From the IMG/VR virus record IMGVR_UViG_3300032093_000021, positions 32,001 through 96,000 of that record: 64,000 nt of DNA; one strand, given 5' to 3'. A program made the position numbers and the translations under genes. Source of the DNA: a virus. Positions 55,645 through 64,000 of this stretch are shown here, one piece after another. A model generated the notes under the pieces. The model worked only from the letters and a program-made list of their open reading frames with translations. It was not told the DNA's origin and did not search any database. Numbering within the stretch: position 1 is the first letter of the stretch; every line of letters begins with the position of its first letter.

Positions 55645-56097
55645 TTACACCTCAAGCGGAAGTCCAAGGTAATCAAAAGTTAATTTTCTTTCGGAAAAAA
55701 TGTCAGTTAGATCCCTTAATATACTTTTTAGGTACGGGCGGACATCTACAGTGTATCTTACCTTCGGCGGGTATAGTTTCGCGTCAAACTGTCTATGACA
55801 AATTGTCTCATTATCAATCTTAATATACATATTGAAGTTCTCCGGACCCTCAGTCATTGACGTGTTCATAATGGTTGGGTCTTGGATGATGTAATCCATA
55901 TTGTCCAACATATACGTGGTTGTTTTCATCTTCAAACTATACTGAAGTTGGTTTTGAATACCACTCATCAACTCATATAACTCCCAAGAGTTCTTAACCC
56001 GGTGGTTATAACCTTTCACGTTAAAAAATCTTTGGACAATGATGATGTCATTTAATGTCAACAAAAATTCCAATTTAATTGCGTCCTGTTCTTTCAT
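55645..56097 (-). CDS. hypothetical phage protein
   Basis: 150-aa ORF between exonuclease and helicase. Confidence 0.7.
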   Translation of the reverse strand: MKEQDAIKLEFLLTLNDIIIVQRFFNVKGYNHRVKNSWELYELMSGIQNQLQYSLKMKTTTYMLDNMDYIIQDPTIMNTSMTEGPENFNMYIKIDNETICHRQFDAKLYPPKVRYTVDVRPYLKSILRDLTDIFSERKLTFDYLGLPLEV

Positions 56098-57104
56098 ACT
56101 TTTTTGTTTTTGTGTTTTGATTTTTCTTTTCTTGTTATTTTTAAAAATGGCTTTAAGAAGTTAATCCAAGCGTCGTCTTGTTTTGGTAGATACTTAAACA
56201 ATCCATCCTCCATCATCATCTTCATCAGGTTCTTATATCCTCTATCCTCCGGATCCAAACTATCTGAATAATAAGTTTGAACCATTTCTTTTGCCTGTTC
56301 TGTTAATAAAGGATTAGAGAGATCAATAATACTTTCATTTATCTGAAAGAATTCGTCACCATAAATTCCGGATTTCGTCTTTCCGGTTAGAAGATTCTTG
56401 ATTGCTGAGTTGTTTTTATCTTGTTCAAAAATTTGTTCCGCTCTTGTTAAAATATCGGAAATAGTTATCTTATCTTCAAGTATTTCGGGAAATAATTTTA
56501 CTAAAGTTTTTTCACCCATATAGTATATACCATCTATATTGTCAGACCTGTCTCCTGATAGAATCTTGAATGTTGAAACATTATAATGTGGAACTTCAAC
56601 TTCTTTCATAGGGATTTTATCTCCAACCTTATAGGTTTTCTTTGTATTAGGTGAGTAGATTGATACTTTGTCGGATATCAGTTGTGTAAGGTCTCTGTCG
56701 GCTGAAAAGATGACCTTATTTTCGTCTTCAGAGATTGAACAGTAATATGCGATCATATCGTCTGCCTCGTTGCCATCAACGTCTAATTGCCTTATAAACA
56801 CCTCCTCCAAATACTGTTTGATTCTTTGTTTCTGTCTTTCAAAAGACGCTAACTTATTTTCTTCTAATGGAGTTCTCCGGTTGAGTTTATATTGGGGGTA
56901 GATAAGTTTTCTTTTGGATGCGGACTCTTCACCATCCCAAAATACAACAACCTTATCAAAGTTTTGTTCCTCAACGAATTTTCTGATTGTATTTAGAAAG
57001 TGAAATATTCCACCAACGTGTTCCCCTTTATGGTAGAACTCTTTTACTCCGTGGAACCCTATTTTTAATAAATTATTTCCGTCAACTAATAATGTCTTGA
57101 TCAC
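56094..57104 (-). CDS. 5'-3' exonuclease/flap endonuclease (T4 RNase H/PolA N-terminal type)
   Basis: LLVDGNN, VFWDG, YKLNR, EADD, SADRDL, GDRSDNIDGI motifs. Confidence 0.92.
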   Translation of the reverse strand: MIKTLLVDGNNLLKIGFHGVKEFYHKGEHVGGIFHFLNTIRKFVEEQNFDKVVVFWDGEESASKRKLIYPQYKLNRRTPLEENKLASFERQKQRIKQYLEEVFIRQLDVDGNEADDMIAYYCSISEDENKVIFSADRDLTQLISDKVSIYSPNTKKTYKVGDKIPMKEVEVPHYNVSTFKILSGDRSDNIDGIYYMGEKTLVKLFPEILEDKITISDILTRAEQIFEQDKNNSAIKNLLTGKTKSGIYGDEFFQINESIIDLSNPLLTEQAKEMVQTYYSDSLDPEDRGYKNLMKMMMEDGLFKYLPKQDDAWINFLKPFLKITRKEKSKHKNKKV

Positions 57105-57136
57105 ACATCCTTGTTAAAAGATTAGAAAATGTTTTT

Positions 57137-57167
57137 ATAAGTATAATACAAAAATAACTTAAATCAA
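57137..57167 (-). promoter_or_regulatory. putative promoter TTGATT-N16-TATACT(TAT), also containing TATTTTTG
   Basis: Shares ATTATACTTATA with the promoter upstream of SSB; lies just downstream of the recA terminator. Confidence 0.45.
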
Positions 57168-57195
57168 ATAAAAAACCCCTCACTAAGGAGGGGTT
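57168..57195 (-). terminator. Rho-independent terminator after recA/uvsX
   Basis: Stem aacccctc (57174-57181)/gaggggtt (57188-57195) followed by a T-run on the minus strand. Confidence 0.75.
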
Positions 57196-57199
57196 AATT

Positions 57200-58189
57200 T
57201 TATTCAGAAACTTCTTCAGATTCTTCAAGTTTAATTTCTCCGTCTCCGGATAAGATACCATTCCAATACTGAGAGTATTCTTTTTTGTATTTCTCCAAGG
57301 CATCTTTGTCGTCAGCAATATATCCCTGCGGAACCGCAATGATCTTACCATCTTTATAACCAAGACCATTTACGTGGTTTTTAAGAATTGATACTTTAGT
57401 TCTGATGGCATAAGATACTGTTCTACCATTTTTGGTTGCGGTGATGTGATTAATACCCGCTTTCTTTTGGTTACCAAATAAGAACACCAATGATGACGCC
57501 AACCATATCGCCTCTCCACCTTTTGCTTTGATCTCAGGTTGTCCAAATGGATTGTCAGGAAGTTCAACCCAAGGCTGATTAACCACAACAAGAGTATTAT
57601 AATATGGATAATCTTCTTTCTTAGATTTTGTTATTCTTGAGTGGATTCCCATACCGATCTTATCAGCAAGAACACTAGCATTATGTTGCTTACCTCCCTT
57701 TCCATCGTAAGTCATCTTACAAGGAATACTACCAATAGAATCCCAACAAATAAGAAGGTTATATGGAACTTCTCCTTTTTCTTGTGCATCTAACAACTCA
57801 TTAATGAAATCGGTTGCCTGTTCAATATAATCAAATGAATCATTGAATATAAAGTCACCATCCCATTCTCCGTTTTCATTTTTTTGAGCTTTCAATCCGA
57901 GTTCAACTGCGTGTTCCCAACTCCATTTTCTTTCAGTGATAATGAATACCGGAAGATCTCCTCTTTTTTGAGCATCTGCCGCGGCTAAGATCATAGCTGT
58001 TGTCTTACTACTATTGGTATGCCCCAAGAACATATTCACCCCACCCATTACAGGTCCGGGTATACCACAAGCATTATGAAACGCCTCACCACAATTGTAG
58101 TAGTTTGTTTCTTTGTATTTTGTTTTGGTTGAGAATTTGTCTTTTATACTACTAATCCCACCAATATCTTTTTTCTTAATTCCTGCCAT
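57200..58189 (-). CDS. uvsX: RecA/UvsX-like recombinase
   Basis: GIPG, variant Walker A LGHTNSSKTT, ITE, Walker B ICWDSIG, VVVNQ, KGGEA, KNH. Confidence 0.85.
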   Translation of the reverse strand: MAGIKKKDIGGISSIKDKFSTKTKYKETNYYNCGEAFHNACGIPGPVMGGVNMFLGHTNSSKTTAMILAAADAQKRGDLPVFIITERKWSWEHAVELGLKAQKNENGEWDGDFIFNDSFDYIEQATDFINELLDAQEKGEVPYNLLICWDSIGSIPCKMTYDGKGGKQHNASVLADKIGMGIHSRITKSKKEDYPYYNTLVVVNQPWVELPDNPFGQPEIKAKGGEAIWLASSLVFLFGNQKKAGINHITATKNGRTVSYAIRTKVSILKNHVNGLGYKDGKIIAVPQGYIADDKDALEKYKKEYSQYWNGILSGDGEIKLEESEEVSE

Positions 58190-58192
58190 AAT

Positions 58193-58993
58193 TTATTTTT
58201 TATTTTCTTCTAAAAATTTATCTATCTCTGATTCAGTTAATGAGAGGTTTTTAATCTTTTCTTCAAAAAGTTTCATAAACTCATCTTCAAGTTCAATTGG
58301 TATATACTTTCTTTTGAGTTCCATTTTGATTGTTTGCCCATTTTCAGTATCAATTACCGGATTCATATAAAATACCATTTTGTATTTTGGTTCTTCCATA
58401 ACAACCGACAATGGTGGTGTATCTTGTTTTTTCCCATCAACATCATCAAAAAATCCTCTAACTAAAACTGCTCTTTCACCTTTAACCCTATAGTCTTCAG
58501 GGTTATCTAACACCTTATCAAGTAAATCGTGAAGGTGTTGTCTTAAAATCGCCTCTCCATTCGCCATTTGTAGATCTTGAGCCATTTCAGGACTGAACTC
58601 AATAAGAATTTTTTTCTTAGGTTCAAATGTTTTTGGATCATATAATGCGGGTGTTATTGCTGCACCATCTTTAACAGGTTCGTGAAGTTTTTTAGGATCA
58701 TACATTTCAGGTGTAAGAGCAAAAGACAGAATATATCCGTTCCCTTTGAACTTTGACACATCAGATAATTTATATGTTGCTGCCGTTATCGTTCTACCTT
58801 CAAGTACAAAACTAGGAGAATTAATTATTTCAAGTGATGTTAATCCACTAAACTCCGGAAATTGTAATATCTTATCTTTGATTGGTTCCAAATCTTTTTT
58901 CCCATAAAGAGTATTATCAACCACACCAAAAGGTAAATGGTCTTTTTTATCATAGTTTTTTACTAACTCACTAATTAAATCTCTAATTTCCAT
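58193..58993 (-). CDS. hypothetical protein
   Basis: 266-aa ORF with internal TP..YDP repeat. Confidence 0.7.
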   Translation of the reverse strand: MEIRDLISELVKNYDKKDHLPFGVVDNTLYGKKDLEPIKDKILQFPEFSGLTSLEIINSPSFVLEGRTITAATYKLSDVSKFKGNGYILSFALTPEMYDPKKLHEPVKDGAAITPALYDPKTFEPKKKILIEFSPEMAQDLQMANGEAILRQHLHDLLDKVLDNPEDYRVKGERAVLVRGFFDDVDGKKQDTPPLSVVMEEPKYKMVFYMNPVIDTENGQTIKMELKRKYIPIELEDEFMKLFEEKIKNLSLTESEIDKFLEENKK

Positions 58994-59005
58994 AACATAA
59001 TTTTA

Positions 59006-59037
59006 ATGAAAAAAGGGTGAGGTTTTAACTCACCCTT
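59006..59037 (-). terminator. Rho-independent terminator after SSB
   Basis: Stem aagggtgag (59013-59021)/ctcaccctt (59029-59037) plus T-run on the minus strand. Confidence 0.75.
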
Positions 59038-59052
59038 GGTTTAGTTCATAGA

Positions 59053-59901
59053 TTAGAACGGCAATTCAGAATCTGGATCTTCGTCCTCCTGTGGATCAAC
59101 AGTTTTCGGTTTGGAACTTTTGAAAGTTACTTCACCTTCTTCATCGTTACCATAGACATAACCACCTTTGTCAGAATCCCATCTTGGTGTTTCGCCTCTT
59201 GCGATTGCTTCCAAATACTCGGTTGGTTTTTTGGAATAAACATCTCTCCAAGTGAGTTCGTCTTCCAACCAAAGTTTAGCAGTTTCTTTATCTTCAGATA
59301 CCGGAGAAGGATCATCATACATTACAGTTTGAATTGTAGTGTATTCCTTACCTTTTGGAGTTTTTGCCTTTGTGAGTTCAATGATGAGATCTCTTCCTTT
59401 TTCAGGATCAGTGATATCACCCTTTGCTCTCCAAATAGGAATGATTTTATCTAAAACACCTTCGTTCTTATAATTGTGTTTGAATCTCCAAAACTTAACA
59501 CCATCTTCAGGTTTATCTCTATCAATAACCTTAACGATGTAGAACTTTCTTGCCTTATATTGTTTAGCAAGTTCTTTGTCGGAATCTTTACCGGTGCCAC
59601 TCAACTCTTCATAAACTTCGTTTAATGGAGATTTTTCGTTGTCGTTCTTTGCCGGATCGTAGAGTTTATTCCACTGACCACCAACCTGAACTTCGTGAAA
59701 CCAAGCTTCAACAAATGGGGAACTACCGTCTTTTGTGGGGAGAATTCTAATTCTTTTTTGTGCGGATTTTTCGTTTTGAGTAAGTATTGCCGCGAAATAC
59801 TTTTTCATTCTTTCCTCTTGAGTCATCTTACTTGACCCGGAAGAACCTGACTGTTTTGACTTTTCGTACTGAGCTAAGACAGAATCTAATGTAGACATCA
59901 T
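59053..59901 (-). CDS. single-stranded DNA-binding protein, T4 gp32-like
   Basis: RIRILP, PF...FH, GVKFWRF, DITDP.KGRDL, acidic C-terminal tail EDEDPDSELPF. Confidence 0.8.
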   Translation of the reverse strand: MMSTLDSVLAQYEKSKQSGSSGSSKMTQEERMKKYFAAILTQNEKSAQKRIRILPTKDGSSPFVEAWFHEVQVGGQWNKLYDPAKNDNEKSPLNEVYEELSGTGKDSDKELAKQYKARKFYIVKVIDRDKPEDGVKFWRFKHNYKNEGVLDKIIPIWRAKGDITDPEKGRDLIIELTKAKTPKGKEYTTIQTVMYDDPSPVSEDKETAKLWLEDELTWRDVYSKKPTEYLEAIARGETPRWDSDKGGYVYGNDEEGEVTFKSSKPKTVDPQEDEDPDSELPF

Positions 59902-59920
59902 AAAATTTAATTTAATAAAA

Positions 59921-59969
59921 AAAGGTTTAATTACGATATAAGTATAATCTAAATTAAACCTTTAGTCAA
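59921..59969 (-). promoter_or_regulatory. promoter TTGACT-N17-TATACT overlapped by a 12-bp inverted repeat
   Basis: -35 at 59969-59964, -10 at 59946-59941; inverted repeat aaaggtttaatt (59921-59932)/aattaaaccttt (59952-59963) followed by a T-run. Confidence 0.6.
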
Positions 59970-59970
59970 A

Positions 59971-60651
59971 TTAAATTCCAAAATTCTTATCCATGTCTAC
60001 ACTGAAGGAATCTCTAATATCCTTGTCGGAGAAGTTTTCTACCTCATCTGATGTAAGAACATACTCATTTTTTCCTGACCTTTGAATATCTTGTTGTTTG
60101 TCGTCAAAGAAATCTGTCAATTTTTGATTAAAAGGTCCAGAATCTAAACTTCTAAGTTCTAATTTTTCTTGCGGAGTTTTTGGTCTATATCTTTCAACAG
60201 CTTGTTCCAATGAATTAATTTTATTGACTAAATTATCCATTTCAGCAAGTTTGGATTCAAGTTTTTGAAGTTGTCCAAATAACTCTTCAAAGTAAGAATC
60301 TTGTTTTTCTTTCATATCCTTCTGAGAAGTAACTAATTCGGTAATATCCAATTCCTCAGTATCTCCACCTTCCTTCTCTGACTCACCTTTATTGTCAACC
60401 TTTTCTACATCAGGATCATTTTCAACATCAACAACCTCAGTTCCTCCTGTTGTTGCCCCCTCAGCACCGGGAGCTGGCGCCGCACCTCCGGGTGGAGGGG
60501 GAGCTTCTCCTCCGGGCGGTGGAGGAACATCTCCTCCTGGCGGAGGGGGTATATCACCTCCGGGTGGTGGGGGAACATCTTGCTCATTTATATATTTATT
60601 GATTTTCTTAAATCTATAAATTTCTTCTATAATTTTTTTATCAATACTCAT
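59971..60651 (-). CDS. proline-rich, acidic coiled-coil protein (putative head/scaffold-associated)
   Basis: KIIEEIYRFKKINKYINEQ, then (PPPPGG[D/E/A])x4, acidic linker and coiled coil. Confidence 0.65.
   Translation of the reverse strand: MSIDKKIIEEIYRFKKINKYINEQDVPPPPGGDIPPPPGGDVPPPPGGEAPPPPGGAAPAPGAEGATTGGTEVVDVENDPDVEKVDNKGESEKEGGDTEELDITELVTSQKDMKEKQDSYFEELFGQLQKLESKLAEMDNLVNKINSLEQAVERYRPKTPQEKLELRSLDSGPFNQKLTDFFDDKQQDIQRSGKNEYVLTSDEVENFSDKDIRDSFSVDMDKNFGI
60480..60580. repeat. 24-nt GC-rich tandem repeat encoding PPPPGG(D/E)x
   Basis: Four degenerate units DVPPPPGG/DIPPPPGG/DVPPPPGG/EAPPPPGG. Confidence 0.85.
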
Positions 60652-60654
60652 TTT

Positions 60655-60879
60655 TTAATCATTTAAAAGTCGTTTAACCCCAGTAAGAGTCTCTACTTGA
60701 ACCTTCTTATTTTTGTTGATCATATCGTCAACTCTTTCAATTAATCCGTCTTTCATTCTGACAGTATAACAATCTCCACTATCTAAATCACAAACTTGTT
60801 TAGTTCCATTTCCTAAATCTTTTTCAGTGGTTCTTGTGTTTTTACCAAGATAACTATCTAATATTAATTTTACATTCAT
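60655..60879 (-). CDS. hypothetical protein
   Basis: Likely start MNVKLIL at 60879; TATTTAT motif 15 nt upstream. Confidence 0.65.
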   Translation of the reverse strand: MNVKLILDSYLGKNTRTTEKDLGNGTKQVCDLDSGDCYTVRMKDGLIERVDDMINKNKKVQVETLTGVKRLLND

Positions 60880-60945
60880 AAAATTTCGTTTACATATAAA
60901 TATATCAGTAATAACAAATGTTACCATATAATAATACTAATAAAA

Positions 60946-63900
60946 CTAAGTATTATTATATGACCTATTAATTGTTGCACCATTACTAAATTTTATCTTA
61001 AATTGAACTCCAGGTTTATCATATGAATCTACCGCAACTTGAGCTTCTGGTTTAGTGGGATCACAAAAGTTAATGTCAGTATCCCATATTATTGATGTTT
61101 GGCTATTTGGTATGACTCCGAGTTCACATTTTTTATCATCTCCTGAACATCCGAAACCATCAAAAGATTTAGATAAGATAGTTACACCATTTGCACAAGT
61201 AGTGTTAAATTTAGTCAAAGATAAGGTTCCTATTTTAGTGTCTGTACCTCCACTACTTATTATGACATCTGCACTAACGTTATTAGATAATTTCAATGTC
61301 CTATTAGTATTACCTCCCGGTGTTTTTGCCTCAGCCGTGAATATCAATTCATAATAAACATCTGAACCATTTAATCCTACCTTTCCAACACCTAGTTGAC
61401 TAATAACAAAGTTATCATCAAATTCAGGTACACCATTTGGTGTAGGACTTGGTGTAGGACTTGGAGTTGAGCTTGGTTTAGGTGTTGAATATATATTTAG
61501 TGTTCTAGCTAATTTGTCCGCATCTTTCACTTTAGATAATAGCTGATCATACAAACTTTTATTGTTCTTCTTGAAGTCATCATAAAAAGCGTCCGGTTTT
61601 GGATCCTTATTCCAATTTAATATCCAAAGTTTTAGATAAGATTCGGGATTCGTCAAATCTACTTGCTTAGTAAAATGACTCCATCTTGCAGATGTCAACA
61701 AAATCATATTTTTTGAATTTTCAAATGAAGCATATGGTATACTTTTCTTTTCATTTGCAGGAATCTGACAAGCATATTGGTTTTTAATTAATTTGGATGA
61801 ACTTTCCCCATAATAGATTCCCAACTCAACACCCGAAAAATTGTTATTAAAGGAACCAAAGTTACCACTTTTATCCCAAGAATATAAATAAATGGTGATG
61901 AATGTCATGATTCTTTTCTTTTGTGCCTCGTCATCATTTCCTGGAACCTCACTGATAATTTCTTTTGCCATATCACTTGAGTTCTTGACAGCTTGCGTAT
62001 CCTGTGTTGTGATCGTATAATTAGAATATTTAGAATTCAATAATTTTTTACAATCATCTTTTGGATCCAGTGTTTGTCCCCAAGATACGTTATACTCTAC
62101 ATATGAAGTTGACGCGGTTGACGCACTAGATGATTGTGTCGTTTTAACTTCTTTTCTTTGGAGTTTTTCTTTCAAGGATAGGTATAATTGCTTATACATA
62201 GCTTGTAGATAATTTTTGATTTCAGGGTAACTGAACATTTGTTGTCTGGTACCTTTGAAATCAGTATTGAATGATCCCGGACTTATTTTGTGACTTACTT
62301 CTGTTATCCAATATGGTCCCGTGAACATAGGAACGTGTTTCAAGTTAAAATACATCTCAGGTTGAATCATAGCATTACCCATAGAACTTACTGAACACGT
62401 ATAAGCTCTTTTTGAATATAGGTCCCATAAGGAAACATTCTGTGAAGAAAAATCACCTCCGGAATATTTTTTTATCAATCTTTCGTTTGCTAGAACAGAT
62501 TCTAAAGTTTCTTTACCGGCATCCTGTCCAACACTGATACTTTTGAAAATATTCTGATTTCTTATTCCTACATCAACATTGAACGCCACAACTTTGTTTG
62601 ATAAAGCCCAATCTTTTTTATTTATCAAATCATCCAAAAGCGGAATCTCTGAAACTCTCCTAAACTCAAAAGCGTCCGACTTAAATCCAACTTCTTTATT
62701 TTTGTTCATATCCAAATGTTCACCGGGAATTGTTCTAAGAATACACACCATTTTAGGCGATGTCTTTCTCAAATCAACATTCAAAAATGTTCCAAATATT
62801 TCATTACCAAACTCTAAAGTCCCCTCTATTTTTGGTACTGCATCTTTTTGTACCTCACTAACACCATAGAAGTTTGCATAGGAGGATCTCATTGAAACAT
62901 TGAAATTATGTTTTTCTAGGAGAGATGATAATATCCCCCAAATAGTTACAGATTGATTAGATACAAAATCATTTATTACTTTTACTTTTATTACATCAAA
63001 GAAATGCTTGTCCCCTATATTCCTATTCGCCCTATCAAGTATTAAAACATCCTCCATGAGACATTTTTGGTTGAAATCAAATCCCGCAATCCACCTATCA
63101 TTCAAAGCTTTAAAACTATCCCACAAGCTTAATGGTAAAACTTCACTATTGATTGCCTGAGTTTTTAAAAAATCTTCTTTTGATTCAACCACATTTGGAA
63201 GATCGTTTTGTAAATTTTTGAAAACAAAATTTATTGTTAGATCCAAAAAGTTTTGTGTTCTTGTTATATATCCATTCAAATCGTTTGTGAAAGTTGACCA
63301 ATTATAAGCCGGATTATTCTTCTTTTTGGTTGCATATATTTTTATTAATGGTGCAAGACTTTGAACACTATCTTCGTTGAAGACAATATTTCCATCAATG
63401 AAAAAATCAGTTATATATGATCCTTGATTTGAATACCTCAGACCATCAACATTTGAAAACCCTACGTATAATTCAAGTAATTTCCAAGTTTCGGGGTAAG
63501 CCGCTCTTGATTGTTGTAAAGTTGTCCCCCCGGGAGTTGGGAGAGATCCTGATACGTAAGCGTTAAATGTGTAGGGTTCTTCAATTGCATTCACAGTTGA
63601 AAAACTATCAAACAATCTTCTATCATAACCTCCGGGATTACCAATTTTCATTATCTCATCGTATTCTAAAAATTGTTTGATGTTCGTAATAAATTTAGTG
63701 AATTGTGATTTCTGTATGTCACTAACGAATTGTTTTGATGTACTTGTTACAGGGGTATCAATTTTCAGTAGTTCTACCATCATCATTTGGAAATTCTTAA
63801 ATTTCCCACTTGCATTTATACTTAATTTTGTAATATCTATAACACTAATTGTAGTATCACCAGAATTAATAATTTGAACATCATACATTGATCTTGTATA

Positions 63901-64000
63901 ATCTAAAAACTCTTGTTCTAATTTATCTAAAACTTTTATATCAAATACAGAAAATATTTCTTCTATTGATGTGTAATCATCTTGTTTATTAAGTGAAAAG
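60946..64000 (-). CDS. 3' part of a giant baseplate hub (gp27/GpD-like) structural protein, truncated by the window edge
   Basis: Frame stays open from 63888 to the window end (FSLNKQDDYTSIEEIFS...); SMGNAMIQPEMYFNL...GPYWITEVSHKISPGSFNTDFKGTR is a typical hub C-terminal motif. Confidence 0.6.
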   Translation of the reverse strand, partial: FSLNKQDDYTSIEEIFSVFDIKVLDKLEQEFLDYTRSMYDVQIINSGDTTISVIDITKLSINASGKFKNFQMMMVELLKIDTPVTSTSKQFVSDIQKSQFTKFITNIKQFLEYDEIMKIGNPGGYDRRLFDSFSTVNAIEEPYTFNAYVSGSLPTPGGTTLQQSRAAYPETWKLLELYVGFSNVDGLRYSNQGSYITDFFIDGNIVFNEDSVQSLAPLIKIYATKKKNNPAYNWSTFTNDLNGYITRTQNFLDLTINFVFKNLQNDLPNVVESKEDFLKTQAINSEVLPLSLWDSFKALNDRWIAGFDFNQKCLMEDVLILDRANRNIGDKHFFDVIKVKVINDFVSNQSVTIWGILSSLLEKHNFNVSMRSSYANFYGVSEVQKDAVPKIEGTLEFGNEIFGTFLNVDLRKTSPKMVCILRTIPGEHLDMNKNKEVGFKSDAFEFRRVSEIPLLDDLINKKDWALSNKVVAFNVDVGIRNQNIFKSISVGQDAGKETLESVLANERLIKKYSGGDFSSQNVSLWDLYSKRAYTCSVSSMGNAMIQPEMYFNLKHVPMFTGPYWITEVSHKISPGSFNTDFKGTRQQMFSYPEIKNYLQAMYKQLYLSLKEKLQRKEVKTTQSSSASTASTSYVEYNVSWGQTLDPKDDCKKLLNSKYSNYTITTQDTQAVKNSSDMAKEIISEVPGNDDEAQKKRIMTFITIYLYSWDKSGNFGSFNNNFSGVELGIYYGESSSKLIKNQYACQIPANEKKSIPYASFENSKNMILLTSARWSHFTKQVDLTNPESYLKLWILNWNKDPKPDAFYDDFKKNNKSLYDQLLSKVKDADKLARTLNIYSTPKPSSTPSPTPSPTPNGVPEFDDNFVISQLGVGKVGLNGSDVYYELIFTAEAKTPGGNTNRTLKLSNNVSADVIISSGGTDTKIGTLSLTKFNTTCANGVTILSKSFDGFGCSGDDKKCELGVIPNSQTSIIWDTDINFCDPTKPEAQVAVDSYDKPGVQFKIKFSNGATINRSYNNT

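Noticed and set aside
57082-57591. ORFs 57082..57369 and 57370..57591 as a frameshift extension or separate genes
   Set aside because: Alternate frames overlapping an intact recA/uvsX and running through its terminator
52347-58189. Inteins or introns in RNR, helicase or RecA
   Set aside because: Protein lengths are normal, motifs are contiguous, and no C...HN splice motifs or frame breaks were seen
39523-60902. TATAAATA on the plus strand as T4 gp55 late promoters
   Set aside because: They would point antisense to every adjacent gene; the motif flips with gene orientation at 30121, so the functional reading is more likely TATTTAT on the coding strand
848-63877. Remaining plus-strand ORFs in the supplied track (e.g. 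2878..3249, 12429..12809, 47899..48300, 29919..30167)
   Set aside because: Antisense to well-supported minus-strand genes, with S/F/L-rich composition typical of the reverse complement of K/E-rich genes
1-64000. Stop-codon reassignment (as in some Bacteroidota phages)
   Set aside because: Standard code gives full-length genes and dense tiling; TAA, TAG and TGA all end genes at sensible positions
1-64000. Eukaryotic giant virus or bacterial chromosome origin
   Set aside because: Sigma-70 factor, gp25/gp6 baseplate genes, gp32-like SSB and operon-style ATGA overlaps indicate a tailed phage; no housekeeping, rRNA or integrase genes
1-64000. tRNA or other structured ncRNA genes
   Set aside because: Intergenic gaps are short and AT-rich; the larger gaps (12295-12479, 13985-14319, 30066-30307) are filled by small ORFs, and no cloverleaf motifs were seen by eye

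Overview
AT-rich, gene-dense segment of a large, contractile-tailed (T4-like/jumbo-type) dsDNA bacteriophage, most likely infecting Bacteroidota. The host inference rests on a Bacteroidota-type RpoD-like sigma factor, TAnnTTTG promoters, SprB-like and BspA/DUF285 domains and DUF5522/DUF6576-like genes. Essentially all genes lie on the minus strand. In transcription order (64000 to 1): a truncated baseplate-hub-like giant gene; a replication/recombination block (gp32-like SSB, RecA/UvsX, 5'-3' exonuclease, DnaB helicase, class II ribonucleotide reductase, free-standing HNH); baseplate genes (gp25-like, gp6-like) and large structural genes; a ~15 kb adhesin/fibre locus of SprB-repeat, BspA-repeat, Cys-rich and Thr/Pro mucin-like proteins surrounding a glycosyltransferase; RuvC-like resolvase, primase and PD-(D/E)xK nuclease; an array of small accessory ORFs; Mre11/SbcD and Rad50/SbcC; the sigma factor; a putative lysis/envelope cassette; and low-complexity putative head proteins. 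The best candidate for an undescribed system is phage-encoded protein O-glycosylation: a glycosyltransferase whose motifs are colinear with plant peptidyl-Ser/Hyp O-glycosyltransferases (GT96/GT95), embedded among mucin-like Thr-Pro fibre proteins. Other notable items are a recurring TATTTAT putative late promoter, an Mre11-Rad50 pair split at an unusual point, an apparent AUA-start gene, and several short genes missed by the ORF track. No tRNA, rRNA, CRISPR array or integrase was seen. All family calls are by motif recognition by eye; no database searches were run.
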